A stretch of 62,971 bases of DNA, counting the filler, from Conidiobolus incongruus B7586 (lineage: Eukaryota), in the NCBI GenBank assembly GCA_000697335.1. It is 17 parts of 17 records of this genome, joined end to end, with 100 filler letters (N's around TTAATTAATTAA, not from the genome) between each part and the next. Parts side by side here need not be neighbours in the genome. Positions count along the whole stretch, not along the records: positions 35,834 to 55,267 come from JNEM01000071.1; 16 more parts are not named here. One strand, 5' to 3'. The position numbers and the translations under genes were made by a program. Shown piece by piece: positions 36,901 to 49,156 of the stretch (position 1 is the stretch's first letter; each line of letters begins with the position of its first letter). The notes under the pieces were generated by a model. It saw nothing but the letters and a program-made list of their open reading frames with translations. It did no database searches and was not told the DNA's origin.

Positions 36901-39900
36901 AATTGTGGAATTAAATATTTCATCCATTGATTTATTAATTATGCTAAATATATTTTATAATTATAACTTTTATTCATTAGTTAAAATATGACATACATTT
37001 AGGATACTATAGTTTAACAAGTTTTTAATTATTAGAATAGATTAAATTTGGCAAAGTCATTTTACATTGGAAAAATAATATTGAAATAAATAACATTGCA
37101 TAATTATTTTTACTATAATTTCCTAATTTTAAATATGAACTTATAATTTTTTTGTTTCATCAATCCAATGTATGTATGTTTAAATCTACTTGATAATACT
37201 ATATTAATTTATGATAGGGCATTTTTCAAGGATAATATGTAATTATCTATCCAATCTACTAATTAATCAACCTAACACAAAAATGAGTTAAAATTTCTTT
37301 ATTGATAACTCTTTATCTGATAAAGAATTCACGATTAATATTTTTAAAAAGATAGACAGTATTCGGTAAAAGTCGGGAAATGATCATTGAATGTGTGAAT
37401 AGACTATTTAGTATTTTCACCTTATTCTAGTTTTTAATAAATTCTGCATGATCTATTAATTCCAATTGATTCTTCAAATATCAATTATTAATTATATTAA
37501 CTTGTTGAGTGAACTTTGTTATCTGATTAAATTTTATATTTAATTCCAGAATTTAATAGGCTTAAGATATTTTTTATGAAATTAACATTTTATATGCAGA
37601 CATCACAATGGATATATCAAGCAAGATTTAACTGAAATCATAGATAGGACGAAAGGAGTGTAACCTATAATATAAATAAATATTTATGAACGATTATTTT
37701 CAGCAGGATAAATAGACAGAGGGTATTTAAATTTTAGAATTCATTATTTAATCAAATGTATTATACCATATACATTTTCCTTTTGATATAAACAATGATT
37801 TTAAATATGATTTTCTGATTCCATATAAACCTCTCAAAATCAAAATCGATCATGCCGACCTATTACTATTATATCAGTAACCTTAATAAAATCAATTATT
37901 TCTCAATTAAAATTTATTTTTTAGTTTATGAATGAGGACAATATCAGTTGAAATAGGAATATTTTTAAATTCCATTTAAAGATTCGTTTTAGTCCTTATA
38001 TCTAAATTCAAATATATTTAAAACCTTGTTATTTATTTTGGATTTTGCGTCAAACAAAATTTTAAAACAATAATATATCTGATTCTAAGTCAGATGGTAC
38101 TGTTAAAAACTAATGAATTATATACAATCAAATATTTTAAATTTAAAAATGATAGTATCATTTGTAATTATTATCAAATGAATGTAAGCTATTTAAATTA
38201 CATATTTTAATCATATACAAATTATAACTTGGATACTTTTATATTATATTTCAAAGCCAAAAGAATTCAACAATATCAGTGATATATCTTTAACTAGTTC
38301 CGTTCAAAAAAGTAATACCTTTAACTATATCAAGTATATTCAAAGTTATAGAACTCATTAAAATACTATGATAATATGAGGTGATAAGTTTAAACCTTAT
38401 ATTTTAAAGTAATATCAATTGTTAAATCCAAAACGGTAAATAAAGAGATTGACGACCTTTAATCCTTATTCGCAATATTCTTTATTAATATGTCTTGTGA
38501 TCAAAGAATGAAGTCAGTGACTTAAATATTTTAATTCTATGATAACACTCTATTGGACTTTTAGTATGGAAATTCAAGTATTTATTCAAGTTAAGTCAAT
38601 AATATATTGAAATATTAATTTTTGAAATATTTAATCAAATTATCTAATTACTTTTTATGAAAATCCTAATATATTAATATATATTTTTGTTACTATCTAA
38701 TTAAATTATATTTCTTATTTAATCTTCGACCAAATGAAAACGTTTAATTACTAGTTTATCAATTAAATATTGATATTAGGTTCAAATAACCAATATATAA
38801 ACAGTTCAAATATAAAAATTTGGTTATATTCTTCATTTTAATAAACTTTGTTTTATGGTTAGTATATAGAAGCATTTAAATTAATATTCTCCTAATTGAT
38901 ATTGAACACTAAGTTTTAATAGTATTAGTATTCAGTCTTGCATATCCAGGTTCGAAGCAATTAAAATTAATTTGAATTTATATTTATATAATATGCAATA
39001 ATAAAATATCTGATACACAATTTTTTAATGCTTGGGGTCTATTATAATTTATTATTTATATGTTTTATACTAGTAAAGTTGGTATAATATTTAGAAACTT
39101 TACACCATGTCTTTAAAACCTTTAGTTAAAAGTCTTATAAATAAATATAAAGCCAATTTCAAACTTTGTTCTTATTGATATAATTTTTAATATTATAAAA
39201 CTTTTATATTAATAATAAACTAAATAGGATTTAAATTAAATTTATAACTTAAAGTTGATATATGGTGTGAATATTTAATTATAATAGTTATTGTATTCTT
39301 ATTAATCTTGATCATATTGTATAAAATTAAATTATCTGATATAATATATAGGTGTGTGTAAGTATGTTGTTAATTTTATATCCGTTATTTTGGAATTAAC
39401 TTTAATAAATTTGAAATCATTTTGTTTATATATCAAATTAATTTGGTTATTAAAAATAATAATTTAGTCAAATTTATTATTATTATTTTCAATCTAAACT
39501 ATTTATGGAAAAATTTATATGATTAATATTTATTTCATATTCATTCTCTCTTTTTCCTAAATTCAGAACTACAATATCATTAAGTTATCTATTAATATAT
39601 TAATACATTTCAATTGATAATTGTTGAAAAGATCTCTTATAATTTGATATTTTAGTATATTTTTATTATAATTTGAAAAATTTATTTGCAATCTTAGAAA
39701 TGCATATTATTGTTTTATTAAAAATAACATCGTAGCATTATTAAGCAATTATATTAATCAATTGAACATCATAAAGTTATCTGATATAGTTTTTTAAGTA
39801 ATTTCTTTTAATCATTTTAAGTAATTTATCATGTCAGACTAAGGTATTGAACCTTTTACATAATGCATGTTTAATAAATAAATAGGCTACTCTTAATCAT

Positions 39901-41131
39901 GTGAATATATTATTGAAACACTCATATTTTAATAGTTATTGAATTGAATGATGAATTAAATATCATGATAATTGAAACAAAAAAAATTAATACAAGATTG
40001 AATTTTGAATATAATGAATAAAAATAAAGATTTAAATTAGAAAAGCATTCACACTTCCTAATTGAATCAATAAAATATTTATAGCATCAATGACATTTAA
40101 ATCAATAAAAATATCACCTTATTTTAATTCCTTAATACCAAGTGTCCATATGTGTTAATATAAATATGGATGAATTTAAATTGGAAATTCTATCTGATAA
40201 AAAATTGTCCATGCCTCATCATATGTCATAAAATCACATTTGTATTACACTTGAATTTTCTGTAGAAACCGTATAAGAGAAATCTAAGAGAACAAACAGA
40301 TTTAAAAGAACCTTCAAGGTAACTATTCCATAAAGAATTATTTATAATTTATAATCAAAACAAAAATGAATTATTTTGAAATAATAGAATTTATTATATT
40401 ACACAGTTTTCAAAATATCTTACCATTCGAAATTTTGATAGATTGATTAATTTTTGCTTCCAAAATATCATATGTAATACATATAAAATTCATTGTAAAT
40501 TGAATGATAGGGTATTTTTAACTCAATTATTACATATAAAAAATAAAAAAGTTGTTTGGTTTTTCAGATATATAGTCCAAAAATTAGCATCAAAATCAAC
40601 ACTGCAATTGATCAATATTTCATAAAAATATACAGAGATACTTAACGAATACCAAGCGTAACACGAGATATTGATTAAATAATTTATTTTAACTTATTGG
40701 ATTCTAATCTTGAAATAGTAATATTTTGTCAATTTCAAATATAAAAATTTAGGCAAAATCTGTGATTAAATATTATCAGATTTTTATGTGAAATAATAAT
40801 GAGTATATTCGGGTAAATCTGAAGGAATTTTTATTACTTTTAAAATAATATTTTAAAGTTTTAATGGTCGAAATTATTTTAATGATTAAGTTGATTCGCT
40901 ATACGGGATAATTTCAAATCATTAATATTTAGAATAAAAAAGAATTAGTGATTAAAATATTCAAAGAATATTGTGGTTAGATTCTTGTTGAGTAATATAT
41001 CCCAACATAGATTATATCTGGAAATATATTTTATTAACAAGATTTGTCAAATTTTATCTGATAAAATTGAAGAAATTTTGAAATATAAATAGTAATTTGC
41101 AATACAATACTAACTTTATTCTTTTGTAAAT

Positions 41132-42811
41132 ATGAAAGATTTAACTAGGGCTAACGATGACAACCTGGAAACTCCTGTTCCGGAAGACGCTCCCGAAAAC
41201 CAAAATGAAAATCATTTGGTGACTAAAATGGCACAGGTCAGAACAAAAACTGATCAATGGATTATTTTCGTTAGTTTGGTCTTGCTCGGTCAAGCTCTAT
41301 CCCTCATTGGCACTGTGACATATTCGCTTGTGCCTCATATTCTAGATGAACTTAAAGCTTTTGATATTTCCACTGTTACCGACATTTTCAATACTCTCCT
41401 TGCTATTTTCTTGGTACCTCTCCTGGCTGCACTTGCAGATATTTATGGCCGTGGTCTCATCCTTGGTATATTTATGGCTATCATGACAGCTGGTACATTT
41501 ATTGTTGGTTTTGCCAATTCATTCACTATGTATAGTGTTGGTAATATTATTAGCCAAATCGGAGAGCAAGGAAGAAGTTTCCTAATCCCCATTGTTATTG
41601 CCGATTTCCTCAGACCTAGAAATAGAGGTTTTGGATTTATTCTTTTTTGGATACCCAGTTTTATATCCCTTGGTCTCTCAATTCCCATTGCTTTGCCTGC
41701 AAAAGCACTTGGATGGAGATGAATGTACATCATTAGAGCGATATTTATGGGGATCCTCTCTATTCCGGTATTATTGGGTCTCTTCCGCGTTCAAAAGCGT
41801 GCTAGAAATCTCATGCCCAATTTTAACTATAACGCCTCCTCTTTACTTGAAGTCGACTGGATCGGCCTTATTTTATTATGTGTTGGTCTTGGCTTCTTTA
41901 CTACTCCCTTTGTCATTGCCACTCGCTACGAAGGAGGCTTCTCTCATCCTGCCGTATTCGTTCCAATTATTGTTGGTATTATTATATGTGCAGTGTTCAT
42001 TGTTTGGGAATGGAAATATTCTAAATATCCAATTATTGACAAGAATTTAATCAAAAATCGTGCAACCTTCATTATGATTATTGCTAGATCATTTGAATCT
42101 TTAGAAGGATCTATCACTTGGGCTTATTTAAACGCATATCTTCAAGTGTCTAGGGGTATAGAAGAAGATAGAATTTTGTTAATTACACTTGCTTTCCGTG
42201 TTTCTTGGTACCTCATGGGATTTATCACAGCTTTTGTCCTTAAAAAGGTGAACCGCGTTAGATATATAGTTTGGTTTGGCTTTTCATTGACCGCAATTGG
42301 TGTTGGTCTCACTATTCCAGCTCGTCATCCTGATCACTCTGAAGCATGGATTATTACTGCCGAAGCTTTGATCGGTACAGGTTCTGGTATTACATCATGT
42401 GCTGGTTTAGTTGTTCTCCAATCTACTGTTGATTTCAAAGATATTGCTAGGATTTCAGCTTTAGATTCTATTATATCTAATGTTTTGTCAGCTTTTGGTA
42501 GCGCCATTGCTACTAGCGTTTGGAATGCCAACCTCTCAAAGAATTTGCTTGCCGAACTCCCTGCTGAATACTCCGACCAAGTAAAAGATTTCCTTGAAAG
42601 TCTCTTAAGTCTCAGAAAGTTACCTTCCGAGTTAACCGATAAATGGCTCACTGCTATTGGCAACACCCAATGGCTTATGTGCACAATTTCAACTGTTTTT
42701 GCTGTTTCATTCTTAGTTGCTGCATTCTGTCTCCCTGATATTGATTTGGATAAATGCCAACTGGAACAAGAAGCCAAAACCAATCATTCAGAAAAAACTG
42801 AGAAAGTCTAA
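41132..42811 (+). pseudogene. Siderophore-iron transporter-type (ARN/SIT) MFS gene with one in-frame TGA at 41720-41722
   Basis: ORFs 41132-41722 and 41723-42811 are in the same frame and align end to end with the paralog at 47483. GWR*MY corresponds to KWRWLY. Confidence 0.8.
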
Positions 42812-43479
42812 AGTTATTTTAGGTCAAATTTTAACCCAATTCACTTATACGATATGAATGCTTTTCAATAAATAATATTATAATAAATGAGATATTTAAT
42901 TTTTAATATAGGATATTTTTCCATTTTAATAAAATGGTTCATATTATACATATCATAGTTCAAATATATCAATAGTACAATGGAACCTATTTAAAATCGG
43001 ATGGCGTGAAATTATTTAAATAACTTCAATATCATATTAATTTATCAATCTCTTACTATAATATGTAGGTTATATCCAAGTAACGTTGGTTAAATACTTA
43101 GATATTTACTCTGGAATATATAAGATTGTAAATAAAGTATTATATTATTTTGAACTGGGTGAACTATCAGATTAATTAAATTTGTTATATTTATTATTAT
43201 TATTATAAATTTATACATTATATAAATATAAGAACTGTATTATTTATATCTAAATGTAAATATCCATTTCGATATAAGTTTATATTACTTAATACAAATT
43301 CAATTTTCAATTTTATTTTATTCAATGAGATTCTAATATATGTTAATAGAGTTTCAAAAAGTAAATACTTCTAGTGAAATCAAGTATTATGCATAATAAT
43401 TTTTCACCATTATTTTAATATTATTTTAAATGATCCTGAATAACCTAAACACTCATTATACTCATTATAAATAATAAAA

Positions 43480-43680
43480 CATTCTATAGAAATTTCAACA
43501 TAAGCCAATATAACTGAATATCAGGAATTTACCAATTTTACCAAAATTGAACAAAAAGTATTTATTAAATTAATTTATATTGAAAAAATATTATAACAAT
43601 TATTCATAAAAATCCATAATTGATAACTAATGGCAAAGGGATTTTAAAATATAATATAATATAATGTTTTAATATATAAT
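43480..43680 (+). mobile_element. Decayed retroelement remnant, homologous to 12090-12330
   Basis: Collinear DNA similarity; degenerate NFTKIEQKVFI...LITNGKGILKY. Confidence 0.45.
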
Positions 43681-46600
43681 TCATTAATAATATTGGCAAT
43701 ATTACCAACCACTTACACTATTATTACTTAATCTAATAATTCAACCTATCCCATAATTATTATGCTATTTGTCTTTATTCTATTACAATTTTATTTAGAA
43801 AATCTAATACTGGGTAAAATGGCCCTTATTTAAAAATATACAAACAATCATTGTTCAATTAAATATAGAATAAAACATAGACTCAGATTTTGCCTTCTTT
43901 ATTTTTTTATATAGACTAACCACAAAAAACCAATAAATAAGCAATGAAATAATTATTAGAGTTAAAAAATCAAATTAATAATTCTAAATTTTTTCATTAT
44001 TTTACCAATTATTACTAGAATTAATAAAATATAGAAATAAAATATAGTCAAATTTTTAAAAACTAATTTTATTATTTAAATAAAATATATTATATTAAAT
44101 AATAATTTAATTTATATATCAAACACTATATATATTTAACCAAGATTATTAAAATCTTTTTTATAATAAATAATTTTTCTTTGTAGCCTTGTTAGTTATA
44201 TTCACCAGTTGCGGATTCTTATAATTATGTTTTAATAAACTAAAAATTCAAATTATAAGAAATAACAGTTTACTTTTAATTTTAAATTTTTTTATTATAT
44301 AATAATAAATAAAACTTAATAATTATCATTTATATAAAATTTTACCATCGATATAAAAGGAGAACATTACTTATAATAATGGTATTATTTCAGCTATACA
44401 CTTTGTAAATTATTATAATAAAATTTATAACAATTAAGTTTTTTTTCAGCAATTCTATTATTTTGAGTATATAGTTGAATAAATTTTATTAATAACTTTA
44501 TAAAATTAATAATCCTATATTAATATTATTTTCAATTATACTCTATTCTCTTAATAAAATTAAAAATATACCAAATAAATTTAAAATTTAAAATTTCTAA
44601 TCAAATTATATATAGACCAAAATAGTAAAAAAATAATATAAAATATTATAATTTTTAATAAAAACATTTAGATTTCAAAAATTAATAAAAATTACTATTA
44701 TTAAGTTATAATTTGATATTATTTATAAACTAAAAATATCTAAGATAATAATACTTATTTAATAGACAATAAATGTATTTCATATTAAGCTTAATATTTA
44801 ATTTAATACTTGATAGTATTATTCCAAATTTAAATAATATAATATTGGAATGAACAAAATTAATATAATATATATCATTTGGCCTTATTAAAAATTTCAA
44901 AGAAAAAATAATAAAAGTAATTTGTTTTTCATTTGTTTAATTCTAAATTAATCCATATAATATTCATATTAAATACCTTACAAAAATCAAAAATTATATT
45001 AAACACATATTAAGATGTGGATGTTATTAAGAAATATCATTTGATATTTTTTTGATTATTTAAAATATTATTATAATTTCAATTGAAAATCAATCTTTGA
45101 AATTTTTATTTTAGAATAAATTTTGTTGATAACATGAGTTTATGTTATTATAATTATTATTTTAATATAATTACAAAGGATTATAATACAACAGTATATT
45201 GGTAGATTTTTTTCGATTATTTCAAGAGGAAGCTTTATTCATTAATAACCGAGATTTCCCAATAATCGATTAAACGCTGGGATTATTCTAAACATTACTT
45301 AATTAATTTTTTGATTCTATTTAATGAATATTATATTAAATTACTTTTAATATTTCTTATAACAAATATAACCTTGTTTGCCCATATTATTGATACTTGA
45401 ATTCATTAGCTTAAAAAATAAAAAATAAAAATAAAATTCTAGTTATTTAAATATAAATTATACAAGAATTCAAATTTAGACCCTGATTAATAAAAAGAGT
45501 TTATATATTTTCAAAATTTCTGAATATTATATATAAATCATATTTCCATTAATAACTGGACTATTTCAAATATTATTAATTTTCTGATTATAAATGATTT
45601 ATTATAAATATTGAATTTGAAAATAATTATAAATTATAAATTATAATGTTAAAATAAAAGAGTATTTTTTTAAATTTTATTTAAAATATTATTATGTGGT
45701 GAAAATAGATTTAATTAATAATATATTAATATCAAAATATATATTCTATAATATGGTAATATATTTTGGCTCTTAATAAATATTAATATTTTCATATTAA
45801 ATTATAAATTTTAATAGCTAAATTAATATTAATATTAAAAATTCATCAAATTAATATATATAAATTAAAATTTATTTATATTATACTTGTCAATATGATT
45901 ATATAATAACCTATTTGATTCAAGAATCCTAAAATATTTTATTAAACTATTTTTAAAATTAATGTTGGTAATTTTTTAAAGTTTTTATATTAACTAAAAT
46001 TTTTTTGAATATAGGCAATATTAATAAATTTTTCTCTATTGAAAATTAAATGAAATCATTAAAATTAAAGTTTTTAGATTTGAATTAAATGGGAATGTTT
46101 CCATTTGAATGATGACAATTGGGTTTAGAAGAAAATAATTAATTCCCATATGTCCCAATTCATCTAAAATCGGGCTAATAGCATGAGGAAACTATTATGA
46201 TATTAAATACTCAAAAGAAACAGTTTTGTATTTACACTCAATTATCCGTAAATTTGAAATTATTTTATGTAAGTAAATTAACATAATGAGCTATTATAAA
46301 AATATAAATATGCAAATAAAAGTTTACATTGATATAATTTATATGATTCATGGTAAAAGCAATATTGAGTTGATTATAGTACTATATAACATCTATTACT
46401 GATGTAAAAATAATATGATGAAATAGATATTAAATATAGAAATAATATAAATATAATAGATAATAATTACCTATTTTGTTAAAAAATGGCAAAATATAGA
46501 AGAAATTTTCAAGAGACTTATTTTAATTTTAAATCGCTATAAACAGTTCAAATGATTTTTAGAAACGAAATAACTGTGATAATGATTTTAACAATCAATC

Positions 46601-47482
46601 GCCGATGATGTAACAATGAATAGATATTAAAATTCCAATATACAATATGAACTTGTTTTTCAAAATATCAAATTCCTAATAATTCATTATTTAAAAGATT
46701 TTTATTTTTTTTTATAATTGACAATAATATTTTCCATCTCAACTCTCAACATTATTATGATATTTGTGAATTTTCTAAATTTATTTAGATATGAGATCCA
46801 GTATTATGAGGAAAACAGGGTCCTACTATCCTTATACCAATGATCCCTTTGATATATTCCAATAAATTCAATAACACTTTTTAACAATCAAACTATTATC
46901 CAATTTAATTTTTAATTGTAAAGATTAATACTAAAGTCAGTATATATGTTATATGATTTAATAATGGATATCAGATAATCCTAATAAAGAAATTACATAT
47001 TTAGTTAAAAAACGTAAATTATACTCTAAATTAATATGTTGAGTATATTAATATTGACGATTAAAAAGTTTTACCTTTACCTTTATTTTGAAAAGAGTAT
47101 ATAATTAATTATTACTTTAATTATTAAATATTAATATATTAATAATATTTAAAAAATTTTGAACTTATTAATAAAATTAATAAAATATTTAAATTATAAA
47201 ATTATATCAGATAATATTGTTTATAAATTAGATTATCTGATGATAGTAATACAAAATTTATTAATTTTGGATTTTAATTGAAAAATTTGTATGACAAACT
47301 AAGTGGCAATTATGGAAAGGATAAACTGTATTTGTTTAAAATTAGCACAAATCCATATAAAAGTAACATTTTGAAGTGAAAAAAAATATTTATATATACA
47401 TAATAATTTTATCTTTTTAGTTATTGAGATTGATATAAATAGATGCGTATTACTCTTTTTAATTAATTTATCTTTTATAACA

Positions 47483-49156
47483 ATGAGCGACCAAAGAAAT
47501 GAGGTTGAGGAGTCCCTCCCTAGGTACTCAGAATTTGATACCAATGAGAACATTGTATTGAAAATGTCTCAAATCCGTAATAATATCGATAACTGGACTA
47601 TTTATATCGGTGTTCTATTGCTCGGTTTAACAATCGCTATCCTAGTTAATGCTCAATCTACTTTATCCTTCGTCATCACATCAAGTTTCCAATCTTTTGA
47701 TATTGGTGCAGTTACTGATGTTGTCAACACTCTTTTAGGCATTCTTTTTGTTCCACTTGTAGCTGCTTTGTCTGATGTTTATGGACGTGGTCTTATCCTT
47801 ACTATTTGTTTAATTATTAACATTATTGGTTCAGTTATTGTTGGAACTGCAGCCAGCTTTGGTGCATACAGTGCCGGTAATATCATTGCAGGTCTTGGCG
47901 AAACTGGTCGTGCCCTCTTAGTTCCTATTATTTTAGCCGATTTTCTTGCTCCTAAAAATCGTGGTTTTGGTTTTATTTTAAATTGGTTACCTAGTGCTAT
48001 TGCTCTCGGTGTTGCTATTCCAGTTATTGCTGCTTCTGAAACTGATGGCAAGTGGCGCTGGTTGTATAATGGTCAAGCCATTTTTGTTGCTGTTACCGGT
48101 GCTCCTATCCTCCTCGGTTTATTCCGTTTACAACGTAGAGCCCAACGTTTATTGCCTCAATTCAATTACCAGGCTTCATCTCTTCGTAAAGTAGACTGGA
48201 TTGGTATTATTTTATTGACCACTGGCTTGGGTTTTATCCTTGTTCCTTTCACCCTCGTTGTTCGTCAAGAAGATGGCTGGGCTGCTCCTGCTATTTTTGT
48301 TCCCATTATTTTCGGCATCCTTATAATTCTAGGATTTGTATTGTGGGAGGTTAAATATACCAAATACTCTCTTGTTAGTTACAGACTCTTGCGCAATAGA
48401 TCAGCTATGATCATGATTGTTGTCCGTGCTTTCTTAATGTTTGATTCAAGTCTCACTTGGCAATATATGACCCCATACCTGTCTTTGACTCGTGAAATTG
48501 ATCCTAACCATGTAGCTCAGATTAATTTGGGCTATCGTGTCACATGGTATGTCTTGGGTTTCATATGTGCTTTTGTACTTAGAAGATTCAACAAATATAC
48601 TAGAAGCATTGTATGGGTTTCTATGGCAGTTAACGCTTTAGGTGTTGGTCTTACTCTTCCATCTCGTCATCCACACACCGCCGAAGGTGTTGTCGTTTTC
48701 GTTGAAGCTTTGATTGGTGCTGGTGCTGGTGTTTCCGCATGCGCTGGTTTAGTTGTCCTCCAAACTACGGTTGATTTTAGCGATATTGCCAATATCTCAG
48801 CTATTGATACCCTTGTAACCAGCGTCTTCACTTCTATTGCCTCAGCCGTTGGTATCAACGTTTGGAACAACAGCTTGACTAAAAATTTATCTAAAGAGCT
48901 TCCTGAGAAATTCCATGACCAAATCGCCGATCTTATTGCTGATACTTCTAAATTAGCAGCATTACCTTTAGAGGTCAAGGAGAATTGGATGACAGCTTTA
49001 GGTGATAGTCAATGGCTCATGTGTACCATTTCAACTGTGTTCGCTTGCGTATGCTTGGCCTTAACTTTCTTTTTACCCAGTATCGATTTGGAAAAATGCC
49101 AACAAAATATGGTGCAATCTAATCAAACTGAATCTAAAGAAATGACGACATATTAA
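47483..49156 (+). CDS. Siderophore-iron transporter-type (ARN/SIT family) MFS permease, 557 aa, single exon
   Basis: LSDVYGR, YSAGNII..LG.TG..L..IILADF....NRG, GKWRW, VDWIGIILL and W...L...LP motifs, with about 14 hydrophobic segments. Confidence 0.85.
   Translation: MSDQRNEVEESLPRYSEFDTNENIVLKMSQIRNNIDNWTIYIGVLLLGLTIAILVNAQSTLSFVITSSFQSFDIGAVTDVVNTLLGILFVPLVAALSDVYGRGLILTICLIINIIGSVIVGTAASFGAYSAGNIIAGLGETGRALLVPIILADFLAPKNRGFGFILNWLPSAIALGVAIPVIAASETDGKWRWLYNGQAIFVAVTGAPILLGLFRLQRRAQRLLPQFNYQASSLRKVDWIGIILLTTGLGFILVPFTLVVRQEDGWAAPAIFVPIIFGILIILGFVLWEVKYTKYSLVSYRLLRNRSAMIMIVVRAFLMFDSSLTWQYMTPYLSLTREIDPNHVAQINLGYRVTWYVLGFICAFVLRRFNKYTRSIVWVSMAVNALGVGLTLPSRHPHTAEGVVVFVEALIGAGAGVSACAGLVVLQTTVDFSDIANISAIDTLVTSVFTSIASAVGINVWNNSLTKNLSKELPEKFHDQIADLIADTSKLAALPLEVKENWMTALGDSQWLMCTISTVFACVCLALTFFLPSIDLEKCQQNMVQSNQTESKEMTTY

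Noticed and set aside
38930..38960. tRNA T-loop-like GGTTCGAA
   Set aside because: No cloverleaf stems around it.
41720..41722. Selenocysteine codon or UGA=Trp genetic code
   Set aside because: The paralog has Trp rather than Cys at this position, no SECIS-like element was seen, all other Trp in these genes use TGG, and TGA appears to act as a stop elsewhere (33913).
7240..49156. Biosynthetic gene cluster made of GMC oxidase, peptide precursor, NRPS-like reductase and MFS transporters
   Set aside because: Each lies on a different contig separated by artificial spacers.
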